Shown in pieces: positions 20,956 through 30,309 of a DNA stretch of 32,000 nucleotides. This DNA comes from Opitutales bacterium (GTDB taxonomy: Bacteria > Verrucomicrobiota > Verrucomicrobiia > Opitutales > Coraliomargaritaceae). A program made the position numbers and the translations under genes. Position 1 is the stretch's first letter. The number at the start of each line of letters is the position of its first letter. The stretch is taken from NCBI GenBank assembly GCA_049606355.1, contig JBMYVL010000002.1:180001-212000 (forward strand). The letters run 5' to 3'. A model generated the notes under the pieces. That model did not search any database. It was not told where the DNA came from and worked only from the letters and a program-made list of their open reading frames with translations.

Positions 20956-22509
20956 ATGGCCTACTCCCTGGGCATTGATGCCTCGACGCAGAGTATGTCT
21001 GCCATCGTCATTGACGTTGCAAATGGAAGTCTTGTCGCGGAGTGCTCGATTAATTTCGGCGAAGCACTGCCGGACTACTGTGCGCCAAATGGCTTCGTAA
21101 ATGGGGAGGCGGACGGTGAAGTCTTTTCCGACCCCCTCATGTGGCTCGACGCGCTCGAGCTACTCCTCGAGAGGCTGTCGACCTTGTGCGACCTGAAAAA
21201 GGTTCAGGCTTTATCCGGTGCTGGGCAACAGCATGGATCGGTATATCTAAAGCAAATCTGGTTTAACGCGGTTGAGAACCTTTCCTCACAGGCGTCCTTG
21301 TCCAAGCAGATCAAGCCGTGCCTCAGCCGATCCGTCGCACCCATATGGATGGATACATCGACGGAAATTGAGTGTCAGGAGATCGCGCAATCGGTCGGGG
21401 GCGATTCCGTTATTTGCCAAAGGTCTGGCTCTGTCGCGACAGAGCGCTTCACCGGTCCACAAATTCGCCGCTTTTACAAAAGCTCCCTTGATGCCTACAT
21501 CAACACGCACCGGATCCACTTAGTCAGCTCATTCATATGCTCGATTTTGGCCGGCTGTGATGCCCCCATCGACACAGGCGACGGAGCCGGCATGAACTTG
21601 ATGGATTTGCACCGCAGTGATTGGGATCCACAACTCCTGCATGCAACCGCTCCCGACCTGAGAGACAAGCTACCTGCAATTGTCAGTGGGGCAAGCACGA
21701 TTGGACCGATCGCACCCTACTTTGTGGAAAAATTCGGCTTTGCACCCGAGACGTCTGTCACGGTTTTCACGGGTGACAATCCGAGCAGCTTAGTCGGGAC
21801 CGGCGGAAGTACGGCAGGCAAGGTGGTCATCTCGCTAGGCACTTCCGACACCTACTTCGCTGCGATGCCACATGTGGTATCCGATCCAAACGGCTATGGG
21901 CATGTCTTTGGCAATCCCTGCGGCAAGACCATGTCACTGCAGTGCTTCCTGAATGGCTCGCTCGCACGCGAGTCGGTCAAAGATCGTTTTGGCTACGATT
22001 GGGATCAATTCACGGACGCACTCAGAGATAGCCCTGCAGGTTGCGACAGCAACTATATGCTGCCCTTCTTCAGCCCTGAGATCAGCCCTCGCTACAATGG
22101 CAGGACACCGATTCTAAAAGGATCAAAAGCATTTCATGACTGGCAATGCCCGAAGCAAGCAATCCGCGCCTGCGTCGAAGGCCAATTTCTCAATATGAAA
22201 TTGCATACCGAATGGATGGGTATCACGCCCAGCCACATTTATCTGACTGGGGGTGCCTCGGAGAATGATATGATCGCGCAGATTATTGCAGATATTTTCC
22301 AATGCACCGTCGATCGCCTGGAAGTTTCTGGGTCGGTCGCACTCGGGGGTGCCATGCGAGCTGCGGTACAAAATCTAGAAGTCTCGCTAGATGAGCTCGA
22401 AAACATGTTCTGCAGTCAAAGGGGGCATACCATTTCAGCCAATAAATCTAACGCAGTCGTCTACGAAGCGGCGCTTTCGGAACTTCAGGCCATGCTCATT
22501 GAGCTGTAG
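20956..22509 (+). CDS. xylB: Xylulokinase-like FGGY-family carbohydrate kinase
   Basis: N-terminal LGIDASTQS, GAGQQHGSV and FTGDNPSSL, with C-terminal YLTGGASEND (FGGY C-domain). It starts 5 nt after xylA. Confidence 0.85.
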   Translation: MAYSLGIDASTQSMSAIVIDVANGSLVAECSINFGEALPDYCAPNGFVNGEADGEVFSDPLMWLDALELLLERLSTLCDLKKVQALSGAGQQHGSVYLKQIWFNAVENLSSQASLSKQIKPCLSRSVAPIWMDTSTEIECQEIAQSVGGDSVICQRSGSVATERFTGPQIRRFYKSSLDAYINTHRIHLVSSFICSILAGCDAPIDTGDGAGMNLMDLHRSDWDPQLLHATAPDLRDKLPAIVSGASTIGPIAPYFVEKFGFAPETSVTVFTGDNPSSLVGTGGSTAGKVVISLGTSDTYFAAMPHVVSDPNGYGHVFGNPCGKTMSLQCFLNGSLARESVKDRFGYDWDQFTDALRDSPAGCDSNYMLPFFSPEISPRYNGRTPILKGSKAFHDWQCPKQAIRACVEGQFLNMKLHTEWMGITPSHIYLTGGASENDMIAQIIADIFQCTVDRLEVSGSVALGGAMRAAVQNLEVSLDELENMFCSQRGHTISANKSNAVVYEAALSELQAMLIEL

Positions 22510-22656
22510 TTCAGCTATTCCTACTGACACTGTTGTCTTGGCAATACTTCCCATGCGGACCGACAAGGCCCCTTCCTGTCTGCGCCATAGCCTGGCGCGC
22601 AACTTGAGAGGATACCCCACTCACACGCGGGAAGCATTCAAGCTGGCGAGTATCCC

Positions 22657-25600
22657 TTAAAAATAAATCCCTGCAGATAGCCTGATCGTACGCCCTTCCG
22701 TATAGCGGGCATTGTTCGCCCCCGTACTGATTAAACGCGCATCATCGAAGATGTTATTGATGTTTAATTGAAAAGTCGTCCATGGGATGTGTCGACCCTT
22801 CGCCAGCTTGCCGCCCCATTTAATAAAGACATCAGTCTGAAACTGATCTTCGAGATACAAGGAGTAATACTTGGGGTCTAGATCGACTCCATCTACTTGA
22901 TGCGTACGGTAATCTTGATCACCATCGCCATCCAAGTCGGTGAAATAATTATTCAACAAAGCAGCACTACGGTACTTCTGATTAAAGCCGACCGTGAAAC
23001 CCTTCAACTTCCCCTCGTTGAACTTGTAGCGAAATTGAAAGTTTAGGTTGTGTTTCGAAGTGCCCGGCACCGTCAATCCTTCGAGGGGCTTGAGCGACGA
23101 TTTAAGAATCGTGGTATCGAGGAAGGCATAGCCCAAGAACAGTGAGAGTTGATCCGTCGGGTTATAGTAAAAATCGAGTTCGAGACCTTGGCTGCGTGCC
23201 TCTTCATCCGCCACCCGCGAACCCAGAGGATCGAAGACCACTTGATACAGCGGAAACCCATTCTCATCTTCGAGCGGATTGCCGTCCACATCTAGTTTGG
23301 CCTCGATGTCATATAGAATACGACTCGGCGACGCAGCAGGATCATCCACACTCAACACATTACCATTCGCATCAGCGAAGCCATCTGCCCAAGTGCCATC
23401 AGGGTTTTGGTATGGATACACTGCACTTAACTGGGACCATGTGATGTTGCTGCGCTGTTCATTTTTTTTATCAATTTGAAAGGCTGTGAACTGCGCATTG
23501 ATCGTACCATCATCCGAGCTGAACTTAAAGCCAAGTTCGACCCCTTCGCCCGTTTCAGGCGGTGTCAATTCACCGAAGACATCGTACTGAAATCCAGTCG
23601 GGGATATAACTGACTTTGAGTAATTACCAAACACCGCCAGCTCGTTAGTCATCCAGTATAACGCGCCGACAGACGGTGTAGTATAATAGGAATCCAGATT
23701 TTCCTGATTACTCTTTACCACCGTATCCGATGCATCCGAACCCAAGGTCCGTATCTTATAATTGATATAGCTACTATCGACCTTAATCTGATCGCGCCGC
23801 ACACCAAGAAGTGACCGAAGCCGACCCTTTTTATAGGAACCCGAGGCGGCAACCCATAGACCATTGGTACTCACCTCTGTATCCGCCTGATAAATTTTAT
23901 TCATCGACGTACTGTTCATAATTTTGCTGGGCAATTTGAAATTGGCGACGAGCGAATTCGCGACATAGTCATACTCATGGCCTTCCTGGCGCCCATTTAA
24001 ATAGCGACTGGGATCATTGCTGTCATACAATAAGTCCGATAAGGTAACATAATCACTGGCCGTATCGCCACGGAGGTAGACATCTCCGGTGCTGCCATCA
24101 AAAAATTCGGCCGTGTAAACTTTCGTACCCTCCTGGAACTCTTCGTAACGCGACTGGGAAGCATTCCGCTTATCGAGATCCAAGCCAAGGAGCCACTGCT
24201 GAACACCAGGCAAAAACGGCCCAGTGTCGGTCTTGTATGAAAAGGTCACTCGTGCCGATTTATTGTCATCCGAAGTGACCTGCTTCGCCCAGGTACGCTG
24301 AACAAATGGCTCGTAAAAATCAATCGATCCCTTGGATAGCGAAGGATTGATTTCACCACTGTCATTTACAGTTGCAGAAGTTAGCGCATTCGCATTTTGG
24401 TAAATATCAGGCGCAATATTGCTGTTCCACATGAAGGAATAATCCTTTTGCGTGTGGAGTTGGTACTTAAAAAAATTAATTACGCTTTGGTTGGCCTTCC
24501 AGAAATTCGAATTATCGTTATTTTCTGGATCCAATAACTCATAAACATAGGCAGCAATGGCACGCCGTTGGGCATCAACCTCATCCTCATCCACCACACC
24601 ATTCGGCTGCCCGAAGGTCGGACTCGAGAAATCGCTGAAATCGGGTTGATCCACACCAGGCATTGGTATCATTCCGCCGTTCTGGGTCACCATCCAATCC
24701 TGAATCGCATTATAAATGAGCTCTTCGGCACCATTCGAGAAATCCCCGCTACTTGGCGGGGTATTGGCTGCGTAATCCTTGAAGGCCGCAATATCAATGT
24801 ATTGATCCATCAGAGCAATCTCACGGATCGCGGTCGAGGTAGGCGCTGTGACACCACTTTCGAAAACACGATATACTGCATCTGCTAAAGTCGTTCCTTG
24901 CGTATTATCGGCATTTCTCCAATTCCACAAATAGCCTAAGTCGGCCTCCGGATCGCTGGGACGCGGAATTGTTTTCAACAGCGCCTCCACCTCGCGCGAG
25001 CCACGCGCTAGTGACTTAGCCAACTCATAATCACTGACCTGCAGCAAACCACTCGCATCCAATACACCATCCGCTGCAAATTGATCCTCGTACTTCTGGA
25101 TGATTTCACCGGTGTAGGCAGTTAAACCTGAAAAGCGACTCTCATTGGCGATCGCATCGCTCAAAGCACTTTCAAAGCCTACGCTTCCGGCATTACCATC
25201 AAAGCCATTGGTTTGAAAGTAACTCGCACTCTCAGCCGCATAATTTGCATTGAGCAAATCATCGTATGTGGCCCGGTAAGGATTATCATCCTCCACGCCC
25301 TGCATCGACACTAGATTGGGAAAGCCGACCGTACTTCCGTAACGAGTCGAGTGTTTTAACTGATTCGCCCCCCATCCCGATGATAGTGAATTTGAATTCA
25401 AATTTTCCGAACCAACACTGATTTTCATGTCCACATCGTTAGCAAAAACATGAGATAGCTCCGCGATGTAATATTCAAAATCACGCTTCGCGTACGAGTC
25501 TGGGCCAAAGCCCGTGCCCGAATTTTCGTTGTCAATCCCTGCAAACATGTCGCGCAAGTCATCACGACTGGTAATAAAGTCAGGGACCAAGGGACCGCCA

Positions 25601-26574
25601 CGCGACGCATTCCAGATTTTAGGATTCGTTGCCCTGCGGCCATTCGGGTCAAGGATCGCTGGATTATTTGAATCTGCAGTGAAACCAGGATCACCGTTAG
25701 TATAGTCGATCAAATAATCAAGGAAGTCATCCTCAATCAAATCTGCCAGCTTTGGATCCGCCACGATGCCATTCGGCAAGCCCGTAGGCCCTTGCCCAAC
25801 TTTAAAAGTGCCGCCAACTAAGGAACGATCGGCTTGACCGTTTTCAATATGGAAACGTAGGCGGGTTTTTCGCCCTAAGTTGTGTTGGAGTTCAAGCGTT
25901 TGCCCACTGAAGCTTTGATACTTATACTCCGCATCGAATTCACGATGATTATCCGTCGCCATGTAACGCGCTGCGGTGTCATCACTTAGCACTGCATTCA
26001 CATCAAAAACAACTTTGTGGTAGTTTTTATCCCCCACCTCAATCCGCAAGGATTTCTTGTCTTTGCCGAACGAGGCCGTTTTGGAAATAATATTCACCTT
26101 ACCGCCAGGATCGGCTTGTCCATAAATCAAACTATTGGCACCACGAATCACATCCGCACGACCGACGTTGTAATAATCCAAGGGTGAATAGCGCGGCATG
26201 AATTCGTATAACTGCGAACGCGACAAGAATCCGCGGAAGCGTATCTCCTGGTTATTATAGACATTCTCCTCCGCCTCGATACTAGGTACGAAATTCCCTA
26301 GATCCGCGAGTGTCTTCATCCCAAAGTCTTCGATCATCGCCTCATTGACGGTCGAAATCGTCATTGGAATATTTTTCGTCAATTCATTGGTGCGCGTACC
26401 CGCAAGCGTATTGGCAGAGTAATAGCCCTTATCGTCGTCTTTCGTGACAACAAAGTCAGGCAAAATAAAAATCTCGTCGTCACCCGCAGCGTCCTGAGCG
26501 TAGATACTGTGGATCACAGCCAAATTTACAAAAAGTGAACACTGAAGAGCGCGCTTGAACAAATGGGGTAACAT
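22657..26574 (-). CDS. Oversized TonB-dependent outer-membrane receptor (about 1305 aa) with a large internal non-barrel insertion
   Basis: The ATG at 26574 gives the signal peptide MLPHLFKRALQCSLFVNLAVIHSIYA; the track start at 26631 is TTG. TonB-box-like ILPDFVVT. Plug motifs are NIPMTISTVN, IRFRGF and VIRGANSLIYGQADPGGKVNIISK. The C-terminal barrel ends TEGRTIRLSAGIYF. ORF-track residues of roughly 420-790 lack the alternating strand pattern and look helical and acidic. Confidence 0.85.
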   Translation of the reverse strand: MLPHLFKRALQCSLFVNLAVIHSIYAQDAAGDDEIFILPDFVVTKDDDKGYYSANTLAGTRTNELTKNIPMTISTVNEAMIEDFGMKTLADLGNFVPSIEAEENVYNNQEIRFRGFLSRSQLYEFMPRYSPLDYYNVGRADVIRGANSLIYGQADPGGKVNIISKTASFGKDKKSLRIEVGDKNYHKVVFDVNAVLSDDTAARYMATDNHREFDAEYKYQSFSGQTLELQHNLGRKTRLRFHIENGQADRSLVGGTFKVGQGPTGLPNGIVADPKLADLIEDDFLDYLIDYTNGDPGFTADSNNPAILDPNGRRATNPKIWNASRGGPLVPDFITSRDDLRDMFAGIDNENSGTGFGPDSYAKRDFEYYIAELSHVFANDVDMKISVGSENLNSNSLSSGWGANQLKHSTRYGSTVGFPNLVSMQGVEDDNPYRATYDDLLNANYAAESASYFQTNGFDGNAGSVGFESALSDAIANESRFSGLTAYTGEIIQKYEDQFAADGVLDASGLLQVSDYELAKSLARGSREVEALLKTIPRPSDPEADLGYLWNWRNADNTQGTTLADAVYRVFESGVTAPTSTAIREIALMDQYIDIAAFKDYAANTPPSSGDFSNGAEELIYNAIQDWMVTQNGGMIPMPGVDQPDFSDFSSPTFGQPNGVVDEDEVDAQRRAIAAYVYELLDPENNDNSNFWKANQSVINFFKYQLHTQKDYSFMWNSNIAPDIYQNANALTSATVNDSGEINPSLSKGSIDFYEPFVQRTWAKQVTSDDNKSARVTFSYKTDTGPFLPGVQQWLLGLDLDKRNASQSRYEEFQEGTKVYTAEFFDGSTGDVYLRGDTASDYVTLSDLLYDSNDPSRYLNGRQEGHEYDYVANSLVANFKLPSKIMNSTSMNKIYQADTEVSTNGLWVAASGSYKKGRLRSLLGVRRDQIKVDSSYINYKIRTLGSDASDTVVKSNQENLDSYYTTPSVGALYWMTNELAVFGNYSKSVISPTGFQYDVFGELTPPETGEGVELGFKFSSDDGTINAQFTAFQIDKKNEQRSNITWSQLSAVYPYQNPDGTWADGFADANGNVLSVDDPAASPSRILYDIEAKLDVDGNPLEDENGFPLYQVVFDPLGSRVADEEARSQGLELDFYYNPTDQLSLFLGYAFLDTTILKSSLKPLEGLTVPGTSKHNLNFQFRYKFNEGKLKGFTVGFNQKYRSAALLNNYFTDLDGDGDQDYRTHQVDGVDLDPKYYSLYLEDQFQTDVFIKWGGKLAKGRHIPWTTFQLNINNIFDDARLISTGANNARYTEGRTIRLSAGIYF

Positions 26575-26581
26575 AGGGAGT

Positions 26582-26610
26582 TTTATAACAAAGTCTTCGA
26601 GGTGAGACAA
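26582..26610 (-). promoter_or_regulatory. Candidate sigma70-like promoter for the TBDR gene (TTGTCT-17 nt-TATAAA)
   Basis: On the minus strand, TTGTCT is at 26610-26605, the spacer is 17 nt, and TATAAA is at 26587-26582. The -10 ends 7 nt before the ATG at 26574. This is a motif match only. Confidence 0.25.
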
Positions 26611-26645
26611 GCGAGGTAAATGAAGTTTCAATCTCTTAAAATGAA

Positions 26646-26692
26646 ACTAAAAAGGCGCGTCCATCGCAGTGCAAGCAAAGCAATGGACACGC
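26646..26692 (-). terminator. Rho-independent terminator after the EF-hand gene
   Basis: On the minus strand: GGCGTGTCCAT-18 nt loop-ATGGACGCGCC (10 of 11 bp) followed by TTTTT. Confidence 0.55.
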
Positions 26693-26768
26693 CCGTGATT
26701 AATCAAAGACATATTTCCATGGAGGCATCCCGATGACACGGAGTCATTTGTGCCTCCACTCAAAGGAC

Positions 26769-27035
26769 TTACTTCGAAGCTAAGAATTCCTCCAAAGTAA
26801 TTTCTCCATCTTTATTTTTGTCGTGATAACGGAAGAACTTTTTGCTTTCAGCCTCTGACTTTCCCCATTTTGAGCGGGTAGAGACGTACTCTGCTTCGCT
26901 AACAACGCCATCTGCATTTTTATCAAAAGCATTATTAAAGCGTTTGGTCTTCGCCTCGATGGCATCTGCGCTAGCCGTGAGGCTCAGAGTCGTTAAAGCT
27001 AAGGGTGCAATTAGGTAGGTGGATAAGTTATTCAT
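26769..27035 (-). CDS. Small secreted two-EF-hand calcium-binding protein
   Basis: Signal peptide MNNLSTYLIAPLALTTLSLTASADA. Two canonical EF loops: DKNADGVVSEAE and DKNKDGEITLEE. 88 aa. Confidence 0.85.
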   Translation of the reverse strand: MNNLSTYLIAPLALTTLSLTASADAIEAKTKRFNNAFDKNADGVVSEAEYVSTRSKWGKSEAESKKFFRYHDKNKDGEITLEEFLASK

Positions 27036-27117
27036 AGGTTTTGGATTTATTTATTGATAGGAAAATAATTGAAATAATAAATAGGATCGAGGCAATCATA
27101 ATGCACTAAAGCACGGT

Positions 27118-29130
27118 TTATGAAACATACTGAAAAACGAGTAAACCGTGTCCACGCAACTGCGGCACACTCAGAGATCCGCTCGATGACTTTTGTGGTA
27201 AGGTTAAATTTAAATCATCCGACAGCATCGTCACTGATTCGATCGATTCAGGAAAATCAAACTGCACACGAACATCATGCAGCGGAGGGAAGTCTTCTAA
27301 AACTGCCACCCTCCCCCGCTGTGTCACCGGACAATAAAGCAGATGTAACACATAGCGACTTTGCGCCGACTGATGTAATAAACTGATACGACCTGCACTC
27401 GGCAAATCAACTTGAATTAAAGCGTCCGTATAGACGAGTGATAGGACCCCATGGAAAACTTCGCGGTGAATACGAGCCCCATACTCCTGATACATCGCGT
27501 CCAGATCGTGTGCAACATACACGCAATTTTGCTGGCGTACGATTGCCGGGTATTTGGAAACTTCTTTCGCAAATGGAGTATTCTGGTGTGAGCAATATCG
27601 CTGTGCAGTCCTCGAAAAATATGGCTCAAGCCGGTCGCCTAATATTTCAGCACCTAGCAAGGGCTCTACCAGCAGCGCAGGGCTATAATTCAAGAAGGGG
27701 CTTTCGACAAAAATGGGATACAACAATTGCCGTACCTGCGTGTAATCGCAGTCACAAGTCGAGGAGCCTTTGTAAGCAACACCGAACAAGGAACCCCGCG
27801 TTTCGTCCGAAAAGTTTAAAAGGCTCTGCCCGATGGCAATGAGCGAACCGCCCTTACGTACAAAGGCTTCAACTTTTAGAACGTCTTCTTCCGATAAGCT
27901 GGCGCGACTCGGTAGAATCAGAGCAGAGTACTCGCTGAAATCCTCACTGAAATTGGCGATATCAAAATCCACCTGCTCCTCGAGCAGGAGCTTGCTCATA
28001 CCTTCGTCGCAGGCTTCGTCAAAGCTACGCCACAGCCCCAGCCGCGACACCGGTTGGCCGCCCATACCATACCCCTCGATCTGCTCCACATACTCAAAAG
28101 CAGTGCCAATAGCCTCATAGGTACTCGCATCGAGCTGGCCATTTGGGTGCAATTGGTCACCGAAATTACATTGAGCCCCAAAAGCAACCATCGCAGCGGC
28201 TTCGTATTTCATCGAATCCGGGTGCTTAAACCCGCCAAATTCCCCCCAGTCCGTATGAAATTTCCCACTCATCGCAGTGATGGGGTACCCAGCTCGTAGA
28301 AAAAATTTAGACTGTAGCGGTAGTTTGTCATACCCACCCCAAGTTGTCGGCAAATCCTCTAAATCTTGTATGGTATTGTGGATATACATCTGATGCCGAA
28401 AGTTTGCACCAGCCGTCATCGCAGTCGTACCATTAAAAAAGACCGACGCCTCAGGAAGACGCGCATGAACGATGCGCTTCAGTTCGGCACAATGCGCGTG
28501 CATGACGTCCGCATGAAAGGCTTCCTGCTTTGAAACGCCCTTACGGCTGTCTAAGCCCTGCTGCAATAAAGTCTTCAAGCACGCGTCGCAGTAGCACAAT
28601 CGGTGCACCTGATAAATATCAAACCAAAAGCCATCGACGTAGTAGTTCTCACAGAGTTCTGCGACCTGCTCGCAAATCAGCCGGTGATAGGGCGTGTTTA
28701 GGCAGAGAAACTTCCAATAGAAAGGCGGCAACGGCTGTGTGCCCTCTGGGCGAAGCTCCACCCCATACCTTTCATCCAATCCATTCATCAAAAAACTACC
28801 ATCCGCGTTTCTCGCACACCAATCAGGATGGGCTTCGGCATCATTCGCCGACCACCCTACGGCAAAATAAATCGTTGTACGAATGCCAACCTCTTTGCAG
28901 GCATCGAGCTGCTGCCCCAATAAATCAAACTTGAGTTGAGGGTGCCGATGGCCGACCAAAGTTGGATAGTAACACCAGCTATGGTGGCATTTCGCAAAAA
29001 GATTAATCGAATTTACTTTGGCACGCAGCAGGGATCGCTGAAAAGCATCCCGACAAAAATCATCCGCAACATGGGGCAGATGCTCCGAACAGTGATAATC
29101 CAGGTGTATTTGCCGACTGGAACGAAACAT
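27118..29130 (-). CDS. Cytoplasmic putative glycoside hydrolase (GHL6-type N-terminal TIM-barrel with GH42-like middle domain)
   Basis: 670 aa with no signal peptide. The N-terminal RQIHLDYHCSEH...VNSINLFAKCHHSWCYYPT...HP matches my memory of the 'hypothetical glycosyl hydrolase 6' family, which is often annotated as beta-galactosidase trimerization-domain or alpha-L-fucosidase-like. This is not HMM-verified. Confidence 0.5.
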   Translation of the reverse strand: MFRSSRQIHLDYHCSEHLPHVADDFCRDAFQRSLLRAKVNSINLFAKCHHSWCYYPTLVGHRHPQLKFDLLGQQLDACKEVGIRTTIYFAVGWSANDAEAHPDWCARNADGSFLMNGLDERYGVELRPEGTQPLPPFYWKFLCLNTPYHRLICEQVAELCENYYVDGFWFDIYQVHRLCYCDACLKTLLQQGLDSRKGVSKQEAFHADVMHAHCAELKRIVHARLPEASVFFNGTTAMTAGANFRHQMYIHNTIQDLEDLPTTWGGYDKLPLQSKFFLRAGYPITAMSGKFHTDWGEFGGFKHPDSMKYEAAAMVAFGAQCNFGDQLHPNGQLDASTYEAIGTAFEYVEQIEGYGMGGQPVSRLGLWRSFDEACDEGMSKLLLEEQVDFDIANFSEDFSEYSALILPSRASLSEEDVLKVEAFVRKGGSLIAIGQSLLNFSDETRGSLFGVAYKGSSTCDCDYTQVRQLLYPIFVESPFLNYSPALLVEPLLGAEILGDRLEPYFSRTAQRYCSHQNTPFAKEVSKYPAIVRQQNCVYVAHDLDAMYQEYGARIHREVFHGVLSLVYTDALIQVDLPSAGRISLLHQSAQSRYVLHLLYCPVTQRGRVAVLEDFPPLHDVRVQFDFPESIESVTMLSDDLNLTLPQKSSSGSLSVPQLRGHGLLVFQYVS

Positions 29131-29132
29131 AT

Positions 29133-29173
29133 AAGCAAATAAATAGGCGGCGAGGGTTCCCCCTCTCCGCCTA
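29133..29173 (-). terminator. Probable terminator after the PEP-CTERM gene
   Basis: 12-bp stem AGGCGGCGAGGG (29146-29157) / CCCTCTCCGCCT (29162-29173) with one G-U pair and loop TTCC. On the minus strand it is followed by ATTTATTTGCTTAT. Confidence 0.45.
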
Positions 29174-29198
29174 AGCCAATCACTATTTTAATACGAAA

Positions 29199-30092
29199 TT
29201 AAAAGCGTCTACGAAGCACCACTAGAGAGCAGGCGATCAAGCCCATGAATAGCGGCGATGCAGAAGGTTCCGGAACAGCCGCTACATCCAATGAGATGTT
29301 GTCAACCGTCACCCAATTATCCGAATCATTACCCGCAGTAGCCGAACCCCAGGAGCCTCCACCATTCATAACACGCATCTGGATGCCCGTGATCGAGGTC
29401 AATCCAGTGCCAGAGCCCAAATCGGTCCAGGTCAGGGTATCCACGGCCGTATTATCATGGTTTGAATCAAGCGACATACGAGCCGACCAAGCACCTGTAC
29501 TTAAATCACCGTTCACTTGTAGAGTTAAGTCCTTCTCGTTCGCATTGTTGCCGGTAAGATAGAAAGCATTGCTCAAACCAATGCCACTAGTACTTCCAGC
29601 ATAGGAGCCCGACACAGCGCCTAGGCCTTGGCTGTACGCAGTGGAAAAGCTACCACTGCCAGACTTAAGTGCAACCATGGCACTATTGCCGTTACCGTTT
29701 TCAAGTGCAAAACCTAAGCCCATGCCTGCAGTCTTCGCGTCATTGAGTTGCCAAGAGTCGTACACTACAGTGAAAGTAAACGCAGCCCCTTGCGTGACCG
29801 CATCCGAAAGCGTAAAACGTCGAAATACATTGCCGGTATTGATCTGGGCAACGACGGGGTCCGCATTGTTGTTAAACACACCCTTGTAGTAGTGCGTGTA
29901 GCCGACGTTTAAGTGACCTGAGTTAGATCCACGCGTTTGCGTCTGCGCCCCACCATAATCCCAAGTTCCGTAAGCAGCACCAGTAGCGTTAAGGCTGGTA
30001 CCATTCGTATCATTGAACCCAATATCTAGGTTTAAGGCATGAGCACCAGTTACATAAGTGAGTACAATGAGAGGGTACAGTAAACGTTTCAT
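29199..30092 (-). CDS. PEP-CTERM sorting-domain protein with a lectin-like beta-sandwich body
   Basis: Signal peptide MKRLLYPLIVLTYVTGAHA. The C-terminus VPEPSASPLFMGLIACSLVVLRRRF is PEP motif + TM + basic tail. The body is G/S/T/N-rich. Confidence 0.85.
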   Translation of the reverse strand: MKRLLYPLIVLTYVTGAHALNLDIGFNDTNGTSLNATGAAYGTWDYGGAQTQTRGSNSGHLNVGYTHYYKGVFNNNADPVVAQINTGNVFRRFTLSDAVTQGAAFTFTVVYDSWQLNDAKTAGMGLGFALENGNGNSAMVALKSGSGSFSTAYSQGLGAVSGSYAGSTSGIGLSNAFYLTGNNANEKDLTLQVNGDLSTGAWSARMSLDSNHDNTAVDTLTWTDLGSGTGLTSITGIQMRVMNGGGSWGSATAGNDSDNWVTVDNISLDVAAVPEPSASPLFMGLIACSLVVLRRRF

Positions 30093-30309
30093 ATCAGGGT
30101 AGGAGGTTAATAAAGTATTTGTATATTAACGTCACAGTAGCGGATTCACAATAACGAGTTATGAACGAAATTTTCACAGAAATGAAACACAGCGGGAGGA
30201 TCACTCAGCCTCAGCCAATCATTCAATAACTATTATTATTTTGATATTTTTATTGAAATATGAAACTCATATGCTAAGGTACTGGCTTAATTTATTGCAC
30301 CGCGAGTTA

